NCBI RefSeq assembly: GCF_006345805.1 | Contig: NW_021836120.1 | Span: 1-25,222, forward strand | Direction of reading: 5' to 3' | Length of the DNA: 25,222 bases | Source of the DNA: Octopus sinensis | Lineage: Eukaryota | In this document: in pieces, positions 21,286-25,222 of the stretch | How the letters are laid out: each line of letters opens with the position of its first letter | Numbering within the stretch: the stretch's first letter is position 1 | Made by a program: the position numbers and the translations under genes | Notes under the pieces: generated by a model | Told to the model about the DNA's origin: nothing | What the model saw: only the letters and a program-made list of their open reading frames with translations | Databases searched by the model: none

Positions 21286-22286
21286 CCCATTGATCAATTA
21301 AAAATATTAGTTGGACACAGCTGTAACGAAATGGACACCTAGCTATCGTTTGCTTTATATATATATATATATATAAAACAGTACTGGGAGAATAAGAACG
21401 GAACGAAGCGAACGAATCGAATCGAACCCGACGCGAGGGCGTTGTCAAACAATAGTGTAATAAATATATATATATATGTAACCAATGGGCTGTAAAACTG
21501 TAACTGAAGAGCGAAACGCGCTAGTGCGAACTGCTATGCTTAACCACTTCGCTATCACCCCTCCTCCTCTTCTCTTCCTCTCTTCCTCCTCCTCCTTCCC
21601 CTCTTCCTCTCCTATATTTATATGTTTTAAAGTCTATATTTTTTATCTGTATATTTTAAATTTGTCTTCTAAATTCCTTTTGTCTGTAATAACATTATTG
21701 AAAGGTACCCATAAAAATTAATTGATTTTATTTTTTTTGGCAGCTGCCAACCTAAATGGCCAAAAAAATAAAGCAAGGAAATACGAGTAAAATTAAACAA
21801 AATATATTAGACAAAAATGATAACAGAATTTGATAGTTTATATATGAATAACAATACAGAATACAATAGACATGGCGGAATAATGAACACAACTATAGAC
21901 TGCGATATATAGCTTTGTGGTTAAGAAGTTCGTGTTGGAACCATTTGTTTCTGAAATCGATCTTAGATCATAAGAACGTTGATGAGTAACGTTTTGATAT
22001 CGTACCTGGTTGACTAATGATGCGTTGTGGAGTGGAAAATTGTCTACGGATACTGAGAAAGCGCGTGATATATATATATGTAAATATTAAATTTGAATGT
22101 TATGTATGTCTCCTAGCCACGTCTGAGAGATGAAAGGTAAGGAGTATTAAGTTCATTGCATGGGTGGTTCTTTAACTATTCACAACAAAAGGATAAGAGG
22201 CATAGCAGACATCAAGGTAATGTAAACAACAACGTGAAGTTAAGTTATGCTCTAATTCTGTTAAATCACTGTTTTTTGATCGCTAA

Positions 22287-23194
22287 TATTGGTTTAATGC
22301 TTTAATACGGACTTAAAATTCCGACGAGGTCGACTTTGTCTTTCATCATTTCGGGGTCGATAAATTAAGTACCTGTTGCGTAATGGGGTCGATCTAATCG
22401 ACTGGCCCCTCTCCCAAAATTACGGACCTTGTACTTAGATTTGAAAAGAATATTGGTTTGATATTTCAATGCGGACATTAAATTCTTCCGAGGTCGACTT
22501 TGCCTTTCATCATTTCGGGGTCGATAAATTAAGTACCCTTTGCGTAATGGGGTCGATCTAATCGTCTGGCCCCCTCTCCCAAAATTTTGGACCTTGTGCC
22601 TACAGTAGAAAAGAGTATTGGTTTAATATTTCAATGCGGACTTTAAATTCTTCCGAGGTCGACTTTGCCTTTCATCCTTTCAGGGTCGATAAATTAAGTA
22701 CCCTTTGCATAATGGGGTCGATCTAATCGACTGGCCCCTCTCCCAAAATTACGGACCTTGTATCTGAGTAGAAAATTATATTGGTTTAATATTTCAATGC
22801 GGACTTTAAATTCCGCCGAAGTCGACTTTGCCTTTCATCATTTCGGGGTCGATAAATTAAGTACCCTTTGCGTAGTGGGGTCGATCTAATCGACTGGTCG
22901 CTCTCCCAAAATTACGGACCTTGTATGTAGATTTGAAAAGAATATTGATTTAATATTTCCATGCGGACATTAAATTCCACCGAAGTCGACTTTGCCTTTC
23001 ATCATTTCGGGGTCGATAAATTAAGTACACTTTGCGTAATGGGGTCGATCTAATCGACTGGCCCCTCTCCCAAAATTTTGGACCTTGTACCTGAGTAGAA
23101 AATTATATTGGTTTAATATTTCAATGCGGACTTTAAATTCCGCCGAGGTCGACTTTGCCTTTCATCATTTCGGGGTCGATAAATTAAGTACCAG
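22287..23194 (+). repeat. Tandem array of ~5.5 x ~164-bp units derived from the headless 3' part of SINE family B
   Basis: Units start TATTGG/TATTGA at 22287, 22451, 22616, 22779, 22943 and 23106; each contains GTCGACTTTG(C/T)CTTTCATC...GGGGTCGATAAATTAAGTAC and, in full units, GGGGTCGATCTAATCG. Confidence 0.95.
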
Positions 23195-23335
23195 GTGTGT
23201 ACAGGGGAAAGTTGTTTATAGAGACCAGGTGTAGCCCATGCATACAGACCTCCCCTCTCCATGCCACCAGTGTTATCCATGGGAAAGGTAAAGGCCGATA
23301 AGGTTTGGCATGTGTGACGTCGCAACTTGTTTCTA
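23195..23335 (-). mobile_element. Probable interspersed repeat fragment (possibly RTE-related)
   Basis: GC-richer island (minus GCGACGTCACACATG...GGCCTTTACCTTTCCC...GGAGAGGGGAGG...ATAAACAAC) that I recall as an octopus repeat; no second copy in the window. Confidence 0.35.
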
Positions 23336-23384
23336 CAGGTGAGTGAACGGGAGCAACGTGAAATATGTATGTATGTGTATATAT

Positions 23385-23416
<32 letters not shown>

Positions 23417-23600
23417 GTTGGATTTTACAAAAAGGTAAACGCAACAAAAGACGATGACAGGTGTGCAAACAACAAAGAGATGTATTGGTTTAACGCCCGG
23501 GAAGTGAGAAAGTCTTCTACGTTTCGAGCCTACGTTCTTCGACAGAAAGGGATACAGAAATGAACAGAGAGAAAAATATAAAAAATGCCTAGTGGCTGGC
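23417..23600 (-). mobile_element. Microsatellite-flanked repeat 'family C' with a hammerhead-like motif at 23514-23549
   Basis: Between (TA)n and (CA)n; minus strand CTTTCTG-TCGAAGA-ACGTAGGCTC-GAAAC-GTA-GAAG; homologous to 7193-7322. Confidence 0.65.
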
Positions 23601-23636
23601 GATCAATCGTGGCACGAACACGCATACACACACACA

Positions 23637-23667
<31 letters not shown>

Positions 23668-24291
23668 ACACACACACGTACACACTCATACATACTCAAA
23701 CACACACACACACTCCTGTGAAATAATTCAATAATTCCTGGAATCGATAAGAATGTATAAAGAGCACCCCTGATAGAGGTACCCCAGTTTGGGCACAGAC
23801 CTATAACAGAAAATAGTGAAAGAGTATTTTTTGAAAAAGTCAGTAATAACATTCTTGTAAAGCACCTATAAAAATTAATTGAATTTTTTTTCATCCGCTG
23901 ACTTAAATAGGCAATAAAATAATATGAAAAACTAAAATTAATACAAAAAAGAAGAATAAAATAACATTGATAGTTAATATATGTAATATAAAATAGAAAT
24001 GGTAATATAATTAACTAACAGACAACTCGTTCTCTTTCCTATATTCCCAGCACCTTTCTAAAACTCTACATTATTGTTTTGCGATTATTTTTTGTAATTC
24101 CTGGAAATATTTAAGAAATGATGAAAATTTCCATTAAAATAAATAAATATACTATTTAACCACATGGGGAATATATTAGATAGGAAAAACGTCATTCGAA
24201 TAAGTTATCCATTCTACACTGGTATGAATAAGATTTTGTCTCAAATTTAATATTTATTATGTTTTTGTATTATACACCTTTATCTTATGCG

Positions 24292-24510
24292 TTTTACTAA
24301 TTTCAGTCATTAGACTACGACCATACTGAGGTGGGGGCGTCTTGAAGAAGTTTTGGTCGGATGAATGGACACCAGAACTTATATTGTGTTCAGCGGGGTA
24401 CTTATTCAACCGGTTTCTTTTGCGGAATCGCTCAATTGCAGCAGAGACGTATCACACTAGCCGGCTGTCAGATGGTTGTGGTGGTGTGTTGGAAGGAACA
24501 CACATGCAAC
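24292..24510 (-). mobile_element. SINE family A (older subfamily) 3' half, diverged
   Basis: TTTCAGTCATTAGACT...TTGAAGAAGTTTTGGTCGG...GTACTTATTC...TTCTTTTGCGGAA. Confidence 0.75.
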
Positions 24511-24524
24511 CACATACATACATG

Positions 24525-24591
<67 letters not shown>

Positions 24592-24610
24592 TTCTTTCGT
24601 TCTTTTAATT

Positions 24611-24812
24611 TTTTACTTGTTTCGGTCATTTCATTCGGCCATGCTGGAGCATCGGCTTTTAGGCGAACAATCGACCGCAGGACTTATTCTTTCTAAGCCT
24701 AGTACTTATTCTATCGGTCTCTTTTGCAGAACCGAAAAGTTACGGGGGCGTAAACACACCAGCATCGGTTGTCAAGCGATGGTAGGCGATGGGAACAAAC
24801 TGAGACACACAA
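24611..24812 (-). mobile_element. SINE family A 3' half
   Basis: TTTTACTTGTTTCGGTCATT...GGACTTATTCTTTCTAAGCCTAGTACTTATTCTATCGGTCTCTTTTG...CGGTTGTCAAGCGATG. Confidence 0.9.
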
Positions 24813-24846
24813 ATACATACATACGCACCCACACACACATATATAT

Positions 24847-24876
24847 TCTTTTATTTGTTTCAGTTATGACTGCGGC
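24847..24876 (-). mobile_element. Isolated family A 3' terminus
   Basis: TCTTTTATTTGTTTCAGTTATGACTGCGGC. Confidence 0.55.
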
Positions 24877-25016
24877 AGAACTGAAGCACTTATATATATA
24901 TATATATATAAATAGATGATGATGATGATGATGATGATGATGATACTAATAATAATAATAATAATACTAATAATGATAATGGTTTTAAATTTTCGCATAA
25001 CGCCAGTCTTGGTGGA

Positions 25017-25130
25017 GGATGAAAGGAAGGAAGACAAATTCGACCGAAGCGACATTTGAATTCAGAACGCAAAGCTAGATATGCTTCTGACTACTTTGCC
25101 AATCGTGTTTACGATTCTGCCATTTCGCGG
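25017..25130 (-). mobile_element. Degenerate SINE family B 5' part
   Basis: GATGAAAGG...ATTTGAATTCAGAACGCAAAG...ACGATTCTGCCATTTCGC matches the family B head region, again next to an (AAT)n array. Confidence 0.6.
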
Positions 25131-25134
25131 ACTC

Positions 25135-25163
25135 AATAATAATAATATAATAATAATAAAAAA

Positions 25164-25209
<46 letters not shown>

Positions 25210-25222
25210 TAATAATAATAAT
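25135..25222. repeat. (AAT)n microsatellite
   Basis: Directly visible; runs to the window end. Confidence 0.95.

Noticed and set aside
21505-21525. CTGAAGAGCGAAACGCGCTAG minimal hammerhead-like string
   Set aside because: No loop for stem II, no UH triplet in register and no stem I pairing.
21737-21750. Perfect 14-bp palindrome TTGGCAGCTGCCAA
   Set aside because: Isolated, and of a length that can occur by chance in 25 kb.
22287-23194. CRISPR-like repeat-spacer array
   Set aside because: The whole ~164-bp unit is repeated with no unique spacers, it derives from a SINE, and the context is eukaryotic with no cas genes.

Overview
Very AT-rich eukaryotic non-coding DNA, most likely intronic or intergenic octopus (coleoid cephalopod) genome; the species call rests on my recollection of the SINE families and has not been checked by a search. 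No protein-coding gene can be supported: the long ORFs in the track are mostly translations of (TA)n/(CA)n/(GATA)n/(ATT)n microsatellites or SINEs. Contents: (1) about 13 copies or fragments of a tRNA-derived, CORE-like SINE ('family A') with an internal (TA)n(TG)n tract; (2) a second tRNA-derived SINE ('family B'), as single fragments, a diverged head-to-tail trimer (230-bp period) and a younger ~5.5 x ~164-bp headless tandem array; (3) long compound microsatellites; (4) two small palindromic MITE-like elements. The most interesting signal is a set of short non-coding elements embedded in microsatellites that carry minimal type I hammerhead-ribozyme motifs with palindromic stem III. The best is a ~650-bp element made of a 560-bp monomer plus an 88/89-bp terminal redundancy with a CUGAUGA-core hammerhead (7739-7790, minus). 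The next is a 234-bp insert inside a SINE with a hammerhead carrying a U3:A8 covariant core (13075-13110). Together they suggest Penelope-like pLTR or retrozyme-type elements. A few exon-like segments with good splice signals are reported at low confidence.
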